Source: the human T2T-CHM13v2.0 reference genome, Homo sapiens. Taken from it: 64,000 bases of DNA. The DNA lies in the NCBI RefSeq assembly GCF_009914755.1, contig NC_060931.1; one strand, given 5' to 3'. Of the stretch, positions 11,031-24,389 are shown in pieces. The position numbers and the translations under genes are program-made. The notes below the pieces were generated by a model that had not been told where the DNA came from, searched no databases, and was given only the letters and a program-made list of their open reading frames with translations. The first letter of the stretch is position 1, and each line of letters starts with the position of its first letter.

Positions 11031-14000
11031 TTTCTCTTCCTTTTTGCTGGTTTCTCATCGTTCCTTCTAGCTCTTCTCCCCTAATCAGTTTAGGTGGGGT
11101 TGTCCCTTAGGCCCAGATTGGGTTTGTACCCTTTTGTTTCTCTTTCTACCTCCTCCTTCCTTGAGTGTGCTAACTCCACCCTTGATTTACTAACTGGGTT
11201 GTGCTTCCTTGTCTGCCCTCCTAAAGATGGCCATCCCTTGTTAGTGCCTTGAGTTTTCACTTCCTCCTTCTCCTCATTCTCTTCTCTCTTACAAAAATGA
11301 AGCCACTGAATGCCCAGTTACTGAGGTTCATGCTTTCACTAGTAAACCAAATACATATTGTGTTAATGCATCTACTAGGTGTTCCTATTTGTTATCACAA
11401 CTATGCATAGGCATCTATGTAGCAATTTTACTTTAAATGAAAAGTCTTGCATACTACAAATCTTTTATTTGAAAAGGTAGAGGGGTACAAGGCTGAAATT
11501 TCAGACATTGTCCCTGGAAGCTCCCTCTGGTTGCACTATTTAGGTAAAAAACAAATGAACAAGAGACTAGGTGAGGCAAAGTCAGTGAGAGACTGGAACA
11601 GAAGTCACAGACAATTCTTTTTAGCACAACAGCCACTCATCCCATATTTATTCTTCCCATATTTCTTAAAAGGACATCTGCTCTGTGTGGCGCATGGCAG
11701 TGGGATGTATTGGGAAGAATCTGGATTTTGGAATCATACTGTGTTCAAATCAGAGACTCAGCTGTTGCAAAAATAAAAATGCATGTGCAAACACGTAACA
11801 CACTGCTTGGCTTCAGATCTGTGATCAATACATGTGTTTCTTCATTATTTTCTTTCTTTCCTTCACTAAGAGAGATAATAAACAGTAATCATTTACACAT
11901 ATCTGAGAAAAGAAGCTTTGGAGAGAGAGCAACGAGTGTTTCTGGAACTGACCTCCACACAGAGTAAATTCAGAAATCAGCAGATCTACATTATTTATTC
12001 AAAGAGAGAACTGCATTGTAATCACTTTCCTGGATGCATGGGGTGAATGAGTGACAGCAAATACCTCAGTCATTGTGAGATGGCAACCTGAAGTAGGTGC
12101 ATCTGAGAAAAAGGGCAGAGACCTCCCCAAAGGTCAAACAGAAGCAAGGCAGCAGGCAGCATTGCAGGGGAGGCAACTGCTGGGAAAGACACAGCAAGGA
12201 AGAGCTATTATGGGATGCCTCTCTGTGAGGTAGGGAGTGACTGTATATATGTTTTGAGACATCAGATCCTCCTCACCAAAGAGCCACTCTGGAAATTCTT
12301 GTTTTGACTTCATCCTTTAAGATTTTAAAAAGCAGTACCCTGAAGCTGTTTTCTTTGTTTTACTTTGCTTTAATGACTTAACAGCATTACAACATGGGTT
12401 TAAGTGCAAGAGAGTTTAGAAAACCTTTAGAAAAATAAGTCAAGCAAAGTTCAAAAGAAAACATGAATCTTATGCTAATTTTACCTGTAGGACTCAGGGC
12501 AGAAGTGGCCAAGCTTTTTGGCAGAAGGCACTGTTGAAAGGTATTGTGTGGTTGTGGCGGAGACAGTGGGAGGATGAAGTGAATCAGAAACTGTTGTTCT
12601 GTCTGGGATGAGGGGAAAATATCTGAAACTACTCCTTCATTGAGCAGAGGGCCAAGGATAGAACCCCAAAGAACCAAACTAAACTCAATCATAGCAAAAC
12701 ATCCTCTTTCTTTTTGTTTCTGCTGCTACACAGAAGAGATGAGGTGGGGATGGTCCATGAAGATGAATGACTGCTTCCTAAGACACTGTGGCGAGGAGGC
12801 TGTGGAAAGATGGCAGCAGCAGACTGTGGAGAGAAGTCAATTCACTGTGAGTGGTCAGACAATACCTGAACCAAGAAGACACATGGGACAACCTCTTGGG
12901 AACAGAAAGTTCAGAAAAGGGCTAAGAAATAGGATGGAGATAGGGATACTCAATGATCTAGTCATAAGGGATCAAAATGGGAATGCAATTAGGAAGTAGA
13001 AGGCCTGAGATAGACAGCAGCCACTGGGATTGGAAGCAATTTTAGGATGATTTCCCAAAGGGTAGAGATGTTCCAACAATAGCTTGATGATAAATTTTGT
13101 ATTTTTTCAGGGCAGCTTGGCACTTCCCCAGGTAATCCATTCTCAGAGTTTCTGTTCAATCAAAAACTGTAGCTTCTTTGGTTTAGGAGTTTCCTGAGCC
13201 TGTCTCAGGGCAATAACGCCTTCTGGGTTAACTGGAGACTTCGTCAGAGACAGATGGGAGCTAACTCCAAAGAGTCATCATGATAACTGCGGTTGTTCAG
13301 ATTCTTTATTTCTGGGCATCACATAGAATTTAGATTGGGACTCCTTTTCTATCTAACTGAGGGATGGGAATCATAATTGCATATTTAATTTTGTCATTAG
13401 AAATGATAATAAACTCATTGCCATTATACCACATGGTTTAAAAATAATCTGTTAGAGCATTTGTTTCTTGTTGTTCAATGTAACCAACCTTATTAAAGAC
13501 CTTGTATCAACAGTGTTGTTTTGTTTTGTGGCATAATTAAAATCATATTTCTGACTTGTGTAACGTATAAACACATGCAAAGTTGTCATATTTTTTTATG
13601 AATACAGTGATAGAATATATGGGACTTTTGATAACTTACTGGTTTTTAAATGACAGAATTCATTTTTTTTTTGCATCCTGAATCAGAGTTGTGATTTGCT
13701 AAGTCTGGTATTAAAAAATAACTCATTTATCCAGAGCTGGAAGAGGTCAGTGAGACAGATAAGAACATTTCCTCAGTTTACATTCCAGGAGTGTGTCTAC
13801 GTGCAAAGCCTATAGAGTTGGAGGAAGCATGGGGAAGCCCAGTAAGGAGAAGATAGACTAGGAGAGGGATGAAATGGGCTGCTGTCAAAGACCAAATGCA
13901 TCTGTGACTTGTATTACTGAGGAAATGCAGTATTTCAGAACTCTTTTTAAGGAGAGGACTATCTGGATCCACCAGGGCTACCTTCTTCCTAAAGATCTGC

Positions 14001-14285
14001 TGTGTCCTGCTGCTGGGTGAATTGCCTTCTAGTGAATTGCCCACTCAGGTAGAGTTCAATACTCTACGAAGAAGAGTTGTCTTAATAGAAAGAATGACTG
14101 TTTGGAATGACTTTGAGTCTCATTGGAGAGTGAGATCATGTGCCATGCCCTTCAGCACATTCTTGCCAATTGGCAGTGGATGAAAATTGGACCAATCCTC
14201 TGACTGGTCCTTGAAATTTCACAGGACAGGCTCAGCGTCCCAGATGAATAGGATTATTGGCATCAGTGACTTCATTTTTACTTCT

Positions 14286-14669
14286 TATATTAGTTTACCA
14301 GGACTGCCATAACAAAATATTGTGACTGGGTGGCTCAATCAAGAAAAATTTATTTTCTCACAGTTCTGGAGGCTGGATGTCATCCAAGTTCAAGGTACCT
14401 GCAGGTTTGGTTTCTAGTGAGGCTTCTCTCCTTGGTCTGCAGATGGCTGCCTTCTTGCTATGTCCTCACACAGCCTTTTCTCTGTGTGCCAGCATCCCTG
14501 TGTCCCTTCCTTTTCTTTTAAGGAAACCAGTCCTCTTGGATTAGGGCCCTACCTGATGACCTTATTTATCCTTAATTACCTCTTTAAAGGCTTCATCTCT
14601 AAATACAGTTTCATTGGGAGTTAGGGCTTCAACATATAACTTTTGGAGGACACAATTCGGTCCAAAAAA
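14286..14669 (-). mobile_element. MLT1A/A0 MaLR solo LTR
   Basis: tattagttt..ctgccataacaaaata, ctcacagttctggaggctgg, gttagggcttcaacatat; perfect 5-bp TSD cttct. Confidence 0.9.
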
Positions 14670-14808
14670 CTTCTCATACAGCTTCTGTTGGTAGGGAACA
14701 TCAGTAGAAATGTAGCATGAGCAAAAAATAAACCTGATATTTTTGAGGCACTGAGATTTTAGGTTTGCTTGTTAATGTAGCACAACCCCGTCTACTCAGA
14801 TTAATAAT
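14670..14808 (+). mobile_element. Old MLT1 (I/J-type) LTR 3' end
   Basis: tgtagcatgagcaaaaaataaacc...gcactgagatttttaggtttgcttgttaatgtagcacaacc. Confidence 0.65.
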
Positions 14809-14989
14809 CATGGCTTGTATTTACTCTGAGTTGAACAGCAACATGTGGTCTTGTTTAACAAGACAGGTCTTTTGGTAGGTCCTGCACTCCTATGCACCTA
14901 CATATAATCAGGTATACCACATCCCCTCAGAAAGGATGCTTGAGAATCCTTTCAGGTGAGAGGTGCCAAGTGAAATTGCATCAATGTTT

Positions 14990-16286
14990 AACTGTTATTT
15001 ATTGAGAACCCATTGTGTCAGACTCTAGAGATACAGTGGTAAATAAGACAAAATCTCCACCGCATTCCTCATAGCTCAAAGGAAGAGAGATATTAAACAA
15101 ATAAACATGCAGATTAGTGTTTACTTAATACAATTTAGGTAAGTGCTGACAAAATAGTATATTTTATTTTTTCTTGTCAATTTTAGCTTCAAAGAGGACT
15201 GTTTTCTCATAAATGAAGCCTGGTATATCTAGAAATTAGGTGCCAATACTCCATGGGCACAGGCAGAGACTGAAAGAGTAGTGTCCTAGGCAGGATGGCT
15301 GAAATTGTGTCAGCTCTTTGCAGTCTGGTTTGGGAGTAATCAGCATGTAGATGATAACTGAAGTTATAGGGATGGTTGAGATCACCCATGTTGGGTGAAA
15401 ATAAGGTAGGGTGTGAAAAAAGGGAGACCACAGTATGAGCCTGAGAACATCAACATTTAAAGAACAGGTAGAGAATGAGTTTCATTCAAAGTGAGTGGAA
15501 ACAGAGCCCCTTGGGAGTTAAGAAGAAAGTAAAAAAAAGTAGTACTACAGAAGCCAAGTGAAGATATCATTTTCAGGAGTAGGAGAGAGTGGACAAACCT
15601 GTCAAGGATTAAGCAACAGAACAAAAATGCACACATGGGATTTAACAAGGAAGGGGTTATTGATGACTTTAATGAAAGTGGTGAAGGTAGAAACAGACCC
15701 AGTGAGTTGAGGCATGAATGGGAGTTGAAGAAATACCTGTGGGGATGTCTACAGCTCTTCTAAAATATGTGGTTGTAGTTATTTTAAGAGTATAATTGGA
15801 TTTTTTTTTTAACACAAAGAGGATAAATGCTTGAGGGGATGAATACTGCATTTACCCTGATGTGATTATTACCCCTTGTATGCCTGTATCAAAATATCTT
15901 ACATACCTTATAAATATATACACCTACTATATACCCACAACAATTTAAAAATATTTTTTAATGTGTCTGTAGAGGAGAGGAGTAAAGCAGAGTCAGTTGG
16001 GAAGAAATGAAAATGAGAAAATTAAGGGTGAGTTTTTACATTTTAAGATAGGAGAAACAAATATGAATTCTGATGAGAAGGTGCAAGAGAACAGGAGTTG
16101 AAGATGAGGGAAAGAGGAGATAATTCATAGAAGTGGGTCCTGAGATAATAGGAACAGAGGAGGAAAAGGGAGTTTAGTCAGGAAGGACTTCTATTCTATT
16201 GTTGGAGTAGGGAAGGCTGAGCTGATGGCTGGGGAGGAAAATTTATAGATCTGTAGTGGGAAAGTGAAGACATTTACATCTGATGG
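14990..16286 (-). mobile_element. L2 fragments, interrupted by an L1MA 3' end
   Basis: atttattgagaacccattgtgtcag...gatacagtggtaaataagac; tttgggagtaatcagcatgtagatg...gagatcacc; cagaagccaagtgaag. Confidence 0.65.
15779..15952 (+). mobile_element. L1MA (1-3 type) 3' end
   Basis: ggataaatgcttgagggga...accctgatgtgattatt...tatgcctgtatcaaaatatct...cacctactatatacccac. Confidence 0.85.
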
Positions 16287-16673
16287 TGTGGTGATCTTTG
16301 ATGCTATTTACTAGCTCCTTCTGGTTTTTTCTTCAGGGCATTTTGGGATTGCACTTCCCTTCCTTCATGGAGTGGCTATGAGACTTACTTTGGTCATTCA
16401 AATGTGGGCAACATCTTCTAGGTTGAAGCCTTTAGAGCCACTGGGTGATTTGCCACACTCTCCTTTTTCCTTTGCTAAAATGATTAACAGTGTTCCAAAT
16501 GGTGACTTCTTGATTAGCCAGGATCTTGAGTGCAAACAGTGCAGAGCAGACCCAGCTGATCCACAATGGACATGTAGCACGAGTGGAAAATAAACCTTGA
16601 TTTTGTTTTTGAGCCACTGAGATTTTAGCATTGCTTGTTAATGCAGCATAACCTAGTCTATTCTAACCATAAC
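16287..16673 (+). mobile_element. MLT1I-type MaLR solo LTR
   Basis: ggattgcacttccc, acaatggacatgtagcacgagtggaaaataaacc, gcagcataacctagtctattct. Confidence 0.8.
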
Positions 16674-17289
16674 TGTGGCTTGTGTTTTCTCTGACAAGTC
16701 AGAAAGGAAATCCTAAGCTGAACTCTAGAGTGAAATTATTATTTATTTTAAAGACAATCTAGCTTATCAATCACACTCACCAATTTTACACAATTGGTTG
16801 AAAACAGAAAAAAATGACTGACATGTTCATTTATGTCAGGATTTTAGTTTTTTTCCACGTATAAGCAGTAATGAATAACAGTAAAGAATACCTTTCTTAA
16901 AATATGCAGAATAGACACGCTGTGTTGAGCAGTTTTTAAAAAGTAAAGGATAAGCACATCATTGACAAAGAAAACCTTTCTTTCTAAAAATCAACTTTAA
17001 AATATTCCCTTTTTAACTTGCCATAGAATAAAAAGATAAGAGCATAAAATGGAGAAATACATAAAGTGAGGAAAGAGTGTGTGGGCTCCTGAAGACATCA
17101 AGAATTGCTCTTCTACCAAAATATCAAGGCAGAGTTGGGAATTTCAGAACACAGAGGAAGAAAGTAGAAGACTAGATTTTGATTCATGATAAAAATATGT
17201 GAAAGCTAGTGGTTTTACTAAATCTTTTAAACAGACAACTAGTGTCCATGTTAAAACAACTCCAATACATAGGGTCTGCAGCAGTTGTA

Positions 17290-17340
17290 TCTCTCTCTCT
17301 CTCTCTCTCTTTCTTTCTCTCTCTCTCTCTCTCTCTCTCT
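17290..17340. repeat. (TC)n microsatellite with TTTC interruptions
   Basis: Directly visible. Confidence 0.95.
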
Positions 17341-17924
17341 ATCAAAAACCTAGACAGTTCTGAATACAAACCTTATAACATGATTTGCTACGAGGCTGTT
17401 TGGGTTTTGTTTCACTTCAATTTAGCATTTAAAAAATTCCTGAGTGAAAGGCTTTTAGAGAAGAAGAAGGAACAATTCTTTCTCCTTAAGCACAATTTGT
17501 ACTCAGAATCATGTTGGTATGTGTTTAGTTGCTCTGTTTTTTTTAAATGGAGAAAAAAAGAAATTTCTTATACTCTTTTAATTTTTACTTGAGATGAAAT
17601 TCCAGGCAAATATGTTGCTACCCTCTAGGGCCTCAGTGCTGATTTGGGATGAATTTAGGTAGAATCAGAGGCCCTTACTGAAGCTGGAATTCATAACAAA
17701 ATTCACAAAAAACAGGAGTACATAGGCAAGTAAGTTTATCTGAGAAGAAATATATTTTATTTTAATTAACTTGGAAATATCTTATGTATCTCCAAGAATT
17801 ATGGAAAATGATGATGAACCTCAATATGGAAATGCCAGGGTGTTGGGCTTGTGTTTCAGCGAGGCCATTGGCATTTGCTCATCTAGCCTTTAGTGGAGCT
17901 TCAGAATATTAAAAATAGAAACAG

Positions 17925-18229
17925 GGTCGGGCAGGTTGGCTCACGACTGTAATACCAGCACTTTGGGAGGCCGAGGTGGGTGGATCACTTGAGGTCAGAA
18001 GTTCAAGACCAGCCTAGCCAGTATGGTGAAACCTTGTCTCTACTAAAAATACAAAAATTAGGCGGACGTGGTGGCACATGCCTGTAGTCCCAGCTCTTGT
18101 GAGGCTGAGCCAGGACAATGGCTTGAACTTGGGAGGCGGAGGTTGTAGTGAGCCGAGATCGTGCCATTGCACTCCAGCCTGGGCGACAGAGTGAGACACT
18201 TTGTCTCAAAAAAAAAAAAAAAAAAAAAA
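17925..18229 (+). mobile_element. AluSx/Sz
   Basis: Full dimer, ggatcacttgaggtcag, A-tail, TSD-like agaaaca. Confidence 0.92.
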
Positions 18230-18244
18230 GAAACACACACAAAA

Positions 18245-18660
18245 TAAATGAATCAGCAAGCAACAGAAAACTCCGCTCAAACTATCTTAAACAATGTGGA
18301 AAGTTGTTGGCACCCCTTATCTGTAGGTCTAGAGGTACTATGGACTGGATAATTGCTCCACTTTGCTTTTCCCCATACATTTGGTTCACCTTCAGGTTGT
18401 GAGCAAGATGATAGCCTCATTTCTCACCATTATGATCACCCAGGAAAACATCCCAAGGAAGAGGATATACTGCTGTACCTTGGTCATGTGACACCCTGAA
18501 TCAGTAATCGAAGCTAGGAAAGTGGAATGTTCTGTGTGGTTTGAGCCATACAGAGCAACTCCATGACTGAGGCATTTAAGATCTTTGTGGAAGGACTACC
18601 TGACAGAAAGGAGGAAGGAGTGTACGGAGATTGGTTGCAGTCAGGTAACAACAGTATCTG
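18245..18660 (-). mobile_element. Old MLT1 (K/L-type) LTR
   Basis: gcaagcaacagaaaactccgctcaaact..cttaaacaa; ttggtcatgtgacaccctgaatcagtaatc. Confidence 0.55.
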
Positions 18661-19700
18661 TAACACTGGTTTGTATAATTAATGTAGCCTCAGTTACTTT
18701 CTCTGCCCATTGTAAATTTTGCTACAGGGAATTTAAAGTGTTATTTTAGCAGCTGAATTCTGTTAGAAAGCCAAGTCAGTGACATAACTGAGGTCTCTCA
18801 GAGAGACTAATATATAGGAGTATAAATGTGCTTAATTTTATTACTAAGGGGCACATTCCTCATTCCTCCCTTCTGTAAAGAAAGTTATAAAGCACTCAAA
18901 GTTATTTGCTGCAAAGGGGACTTTTATAAGTAGTTAGTAACATTTCATTTCAGAGTCTGCACTGCAGGGCATTTGGTTATAAGGAGATCTTCACATTAAT
19001 CCAAAACTCTTTCTTGGCTTTCTAATTCTGTCATTAAAAGCATCTCTTCATGGGTCCATTTACCTCCATTGATAGTGATCTTGCTCCATGCATCTGTGGA
19101 CCTACTGGTGTCTCACTGTGGAAAGGAAAGGCTATGGAGAATGCAGTGCTACCCCTCTTTCCCTTTTGTAACCATTCCCATATGCACACAATGCTTTTTC
19201 TTATTGGGAATGAATGAATTAAAAGCATCACAAGCCCAGTGGGATCTATTTTATTTGAGGCATAGCTATGTTGCCTTGTCCTTTTTCTATTGTTTTCACT
19301 AAGGCCACCCTTTTTACACCCACCAAGACGTGACATTTATATACTTCACCTGGAATATAATGTCCCTGGCATGTATGAGAAGTCCATATGGATCACACAC
19401 ATCTTGATCATTGCTTCACATCTTCTCGGTCTTACCTCGGATTCCAGCCATGGTCATGGAGAACAATTCTGCACAGATGTCCATCTTTATCTTGCCAGAG
19501 CCTCTTTACTAGCATGAATTTTGCATCTCTTGCTTTCTGCTTTGGAGTTTCTGAGTCCATGGTGCAGACACCTGGGGATCCACTTGTCATTCATTCATGT
19601 GGGGGAAGAATTAATGCCCCTAGTAAGCAGTTTTAGGATTCACTCTAAACAACTCCTTAAAGGTTCTGTCAGAATTGGGCATCAGTTCCTGTAGTATTGG

Positions 19701-20128
19701 TGATATAGTTTGGATGTTTGTCCCCTCTAAATATCATGTTGAAATGTGATCACCGGTGTTTGAGTTGGGGTCTAGTGGGAGGTGTGTGGTCTTGGGTGCA
19801 GATCCCTCATGAATAGTTTGGTTCTCTCCTCATGATAATAGATGAATTCTTACTCGTAATGGAGTGAGTTCACGTGACAGCTCGTTGTTAAAAGAGCCTG
19901 GAACTTCCTCCCTCTTTCTCTTGCTCTGTCTCTTGCCATGTGACACACCTGCTTCCCCTTCAGCTTCTGCCATGAATAAAAGCTTCCTGAGACCCTCATC
20001 AGAAGCAGATGCTGGTGCTGTGCTTTTTGTACAGCCTGCAGAACTGTGAGCCAGAAATAAATCTCTTTTCTTTATAAATGACCGAGTCTCAAGTATTCTT
20101 TTATAGCAATGCAAAACAGACTAATATA
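19701..20128 (+). mobile_element. MSTB-type MaLR solo LTR
   Basis: tgatatagtttggatgtttgtcccctctaaa start; agaagcagatgctggtgc; gcaatgcaaaacagactaata end. Confidence 0.9.
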
Positions 20129-20149
20129 GCTGGCCAACTCAATAAAACA

Positions 20150-20445
20150 TTTTTAAAAAATAGATTAAAAATTGGGGCATAACTTATAGAAAATCTTATA
20201 TGTCTTAAATATACAGCTTTATGAATTTTTACATATATATACATCCATCCATGTAGCCACCACCAAGATCAAGGTATACACTATTTTGAGCACCTCACAA
20301 GTCTACCTTGTGCCCTCTTTGTTTTTGAATTTTATGTATACTATTTTGGGCCTCATTTCCTGCATTTAATATTATTCTGGAGGGTTCACTTATATTGTTG
20401 CAAGTGTTAGTGGCTGTTTTTTTTCACCGTTGTGTAGTATTCTAA
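20150..20445 (-). mobile_element. L1ME-type 3' fragment
   Basis: ccatgtagccaccaccaagatcaag...gcacctcacaagt. Confidence 0.65.
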
Positions 20446-21939
20446 ATTTAACCACCCGTGAATCATTCTTATATTGGTTTTCCCTTCTTTCCCATTTTAA
20501 TCTCTCTGGATCTTCATTCCATTTCATTGGAATTATATTCCAAATACACTACCTGCAACCATTTCTCCTGCTTTCCCCACATCCCTCTTCCAGGTCCCTA
20601 GTGCTCCAGGTTTATTGTTGAGAGTTAGGAGATAGTCATTCTCTCATTTAGCTTGGCTCTTTACTTGATATTTGACCCTAAAAAAGCCATTTACTCACTG
20701 AAGGATTCAAGTTTCCTCAGCCATAATATATGAAGATCTTTGAGATGCATTCTAGTCTCAAATTTCTGAAATTCAGATCTGAAATTTGTAAGGGTTATTA
20801 TTTTTTTATTATTTTTTTTTTAGGGGGAAGATGATACTCAACAAACTGAAATAAATGGTGGAATTTCATGCACAAGAAACCATAGGTGAGGGGTAATGTT
20901 TTTATATAGATATGTTCTTGGTGCTCTAAAATCTCACCATCTTAGTGGTTGTCGACCTTGTGCCTTCTCCTGAGTTGAGGCAGACTCATCTTCTGCAGAG
21001 CAGTCACTGGATGGAGGTCAGCACTTCAGAGTGAGGGGCAGCTTGGAAGGAGGCAAGGATCCTGGAGTGGAAGAGCAGTGAATAAGCTATAGGAAATGAA
21101 ACTGTTTTATTTCATAGCCACTCTTTTCTCAGGACAACTGAAACTATGAACCATTTCTGAGATGATTTCTGTGGCAAAAACGTATCTGAAATAAGACATA
21201 CATTTTATGATGGTGGCTTGTAATAAAATTCACCTGAGATTGTGGGAGAAAGAAACTTTGATGCGTGATCACACCTTCCCACACATTCTACGATATTTAT
21301 TTCACATTAGATCAGCTAAACCTTTTCTAAGTAACTACCATAAATTGCACAGCCATTATGGTAATTGATTTCATATTTCACTTGTGGATGTCACCAGGTT
21401 TGCCCTTACTCCGTGACATTGCTTCCATGGTAACTAATGCATTTTAAATGATAAGAAACATGAAGAATAGAAAAGATCAATTACTAATATATAATGCCAA
21501 TTAACATATAAATGTTTGAGGTTTATACCTCAAACATTTGAAAAAAGGTGAAGCACAATTTTTCAAAAGTAAAAAATAGTCTAACAATCATGGTTAGATA
21601 TTGGTGAATGGTGCATATACTGGTGTTAAATAAATCTGCACTGTGGTGCACATATCATTTGGCCATGCCAAACTTTAGGCCTTTATGTAAATGAACAAAT
21701 GTGAAAGAGTTAATCATGAAATCATCCTTACTAAATTATGTATTATAGTACCTAGATCCCTCCTGCCCCTCTTCTCTAATCTTTCTGTCATTTCATTCTT
21801 TATTGGCATTTTTTTTGTCATAAGGGAAGGAAGAGAAGGTAATATTAAAATGATTATATTTTGCTTCTCAACAGCTCTGTCTTTGAGAACACATTAATTA
21901 CTTCATTCATTTGTTGAGCATATTCCAAAAACTAATGCT

Positions 21940-22380
21940 CTTTGCTGTTCCTCAATCAGGCAAAGCACTTTCCTGCTTAAGAACTTGTGGGCTCAATGTT
22001 CCTTTTGTCTGGAAAGCTCTCCCCCAGATAGCTTTATGTATTACTCATAATTTCTTTAATGTCTTTGCTCAAATGTCACCTTCTTAGAGAGATCTTCTCT
22101 GCCAGCCTTTATAAACAGTAACCCTTACTCCCAACCTGCACACCCTCTGCCCTAACTACTTTATACTCTGCATTTCTTATCACCATCTAACAAAGCACAC
22201 ATTCATGAATTAATTAATTCACTCATTCATTCCACATCTTCCCACTAAAATAAGACCAATGAGGCTTATGTACAGAGAATTTGCCTGCTGTCTTCTCACT
22301 GGTATGTTTTGTTTTTAGAATAATAGTACCTGGAATTTAATAGGAGTGCAATAACTATGTTTTGAATGACTAAATGAATT
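21940..22380 (+). mobile_element. L2a 3' end, nested in a minus-strand L2 (about 21895-22660)
   Basis: tctggaaagctctcccccagata...ctttgctcaaatgtcaccttcttagaga...tgaatgactaaatgaat. Confidence 0.75.
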
Positions 22381-22687
22381 TAAGAGTGAACAAGATAGAC
22401 TCTGTTCCTACCTTCAGGGATCTTATATTCCGGGGATTGATAGTTAATAGCAAGCTTCTGAACAAAAAATTATAATAAAAATTATATTTAACAAAATTAT
22501 AATGAAAAGTATATACCATAGTCACTTAATCCAATCTGCTGGGTGTCAGAGAAGATTTGTTGGGAGATTGGCATTAAGCTGAGGCCAGAGGAAGAGTAAG
22601 AACAGTAACAGAGTGCTCCAGGAAATGGAATAAACTGGTCAGATTGGACGGACCAAGAGGCAAATTGCTATGCTATTCTGTTTAGAG

Positions 22688-22889
22688 CAGAATATAATTT
22701 CTGCTGTATTTTATGTGACTAGTTCAGTGTTTAAAAAACTAAATCTGCATGTTCTTAGGTGAAGTGTGCCCTCTCCAGTTACTTCCACGTTTCCCCACTG
22801 CTGATTATATTATACTCCACAGGATCTACATATTAAATTTACCTTCCTGGCTTTCTGGACCCTATTGGTGTGTGAATGAGCAACCTCTG
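22688..22889 (+). mobile_element. MER102-like hAT-Charlie element
   Basis: cag...ctg termini flanked by a perfect 8-bp TSD gtttagag at 22680-22687 and 22890-22897. Confidence 0.65.
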
Positions 22890-23329
22890 GTTTAGAGTAT
22901 TCCAAGGAGTCAGAGATTTCCTGGAATTTTCCCTTTGGGAAGGGTGTATGCTCAGGCTGGTGTCCTGGAAGCCTTAGTGTGGATCAATATAATTGATCTA
23001 CTACTATTATTTTATGGTTTCAAGATATATCAGATAAGGAGTTTTATATAATTCAGAGTAATTTTGTTTTTCAGTGAATGCTGTATTTGTAGGAGGTGGA
23101 AATATGCATCAAAATGACAAAACCATACTCTTCAGAAAATGTGACATTTTAAATGATCATATGTGCAAAGGGATTATATTTTCTTCCCTGTTAATTTCTG
23201 GGTGTGGAGAATGCAGAGGTGGGGATGAGCAAGGCTTGTGATATACCTCATACCAACACTCTATGCTCACCTTCATCAGACCCTGGCCTTGCAATTCCCA
23301 ATCACACATACTTCTGGTTTGTGGGTAGT

Positions 23330-23610
23330 TGGGCAACATGGTCTAGAAGTCAGGACTGGAGTACAGACCCTGGAGCCAGACTCCTGGGACTTGAAGTCTG
23401 GCTTCTCCAGTTACCAGCTGTATAACTATGGGAAGTTACTAAACTTCTCTATGCTTTATTTCCCTCCTCTATAAAATGGGACTATAATAGTGCCTCCTCT
23501 GTGGTTTGTTATGAGGATTAAATATAAGTTAATTTATGTAAAGCACTTAGAACAGTGTTCGTTATTCAGCAATTTCACAATAAATTTTAAGCACAGTCAC
23601 TATTATAATT
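23330..23610 (+). mobile_element. MIR, near full length
   Basis: ctggagccagactcctggg...gggaagttactaaacttctct...gaggattaaat...tgtaaagcacttagaacagtg. Confidence 0.85.
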
Positions 23611-24389
23611 ATTATAGAATATCCAATAAAATCCTGGAAGACAAGAAACTTTTCTGGACAAAAGATATATGGTACTGATTGTTCATTTTCCTCTCAGGAA
23701 GAAGATAAATATAGAACAATAATCTAATGACTGACAAATAAAAACATTATTAAAGCTGATGTCATTTAACTTAATAAAATGGCTGTCAATTTATGAAATC
23801 TGATAGAGAAAACATGTGACATTTTTCAATATGCTAATGGAAAAATTTTTGCGAAATTTGTCTGTCTTAAGATTTTACAAGTAACTTCTTTTAGACAAAA
23901 ATATCTAGCAGCCCAAAAATACTTCACAGAAGCAATTTGGTTATAACCTTAAATGGAGAATCCTGAAGTTAAATAATGTATCTGTGTACAAAGTTCTCAA
24001 ATACGCTTCATAAAGATTGGGTTGCTGGAGTCTTGACTGTTCTACTTACTGAGTTCTGGTAGCATCGAATTGTGTGATGGGGCTCCTTGGCTGTGGCTTA
24101 TCCTTCTTAGCATATAGCATTTCACCCCACACACAACATAAGCAGTGTTCACTGGTATACACTCTCTGCTTCAGGTCTCAAACTATGGGATTTTAGAACA
24201 AAGCCTTCATGTATATGTGTCAATGCAGACATGGAACCTAAAGATTATGGCTACTATTTTTTAGACTGTGGTATTAGTTTGATATCTAGAAAATGCCAAG
24301 TCAGGATTTGAATTTTAAATCCAGGCTCTAAAATGTTTCTTTTTTCAGAACTGCTGATAAAGGAGGAGAAAAGAGTAGTTAAAACATTT

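Larger units (their letters stand above)
19350..20630 (+). mobile_element. LTR16-family ERVL LTR, interrupted by MSTB and L1ME
   Basis: gaattaatgcccct motif; 3' part tattggttttcccttctttccc...ccaaatacactacctgcaacc. Confidence 0.55.

Noticed and set aside
11960-13040. Purine-rich LTR-like stretches (also 7290-7740 and 13780-14280)
   Set aside because: Probably ancient LTR remnants, but I cannot assign a family or termini.
14164-14175. 12-bp palindrome tgccaattggca
   Set aside because: About 15 such palindromes are expected by chance in this window.
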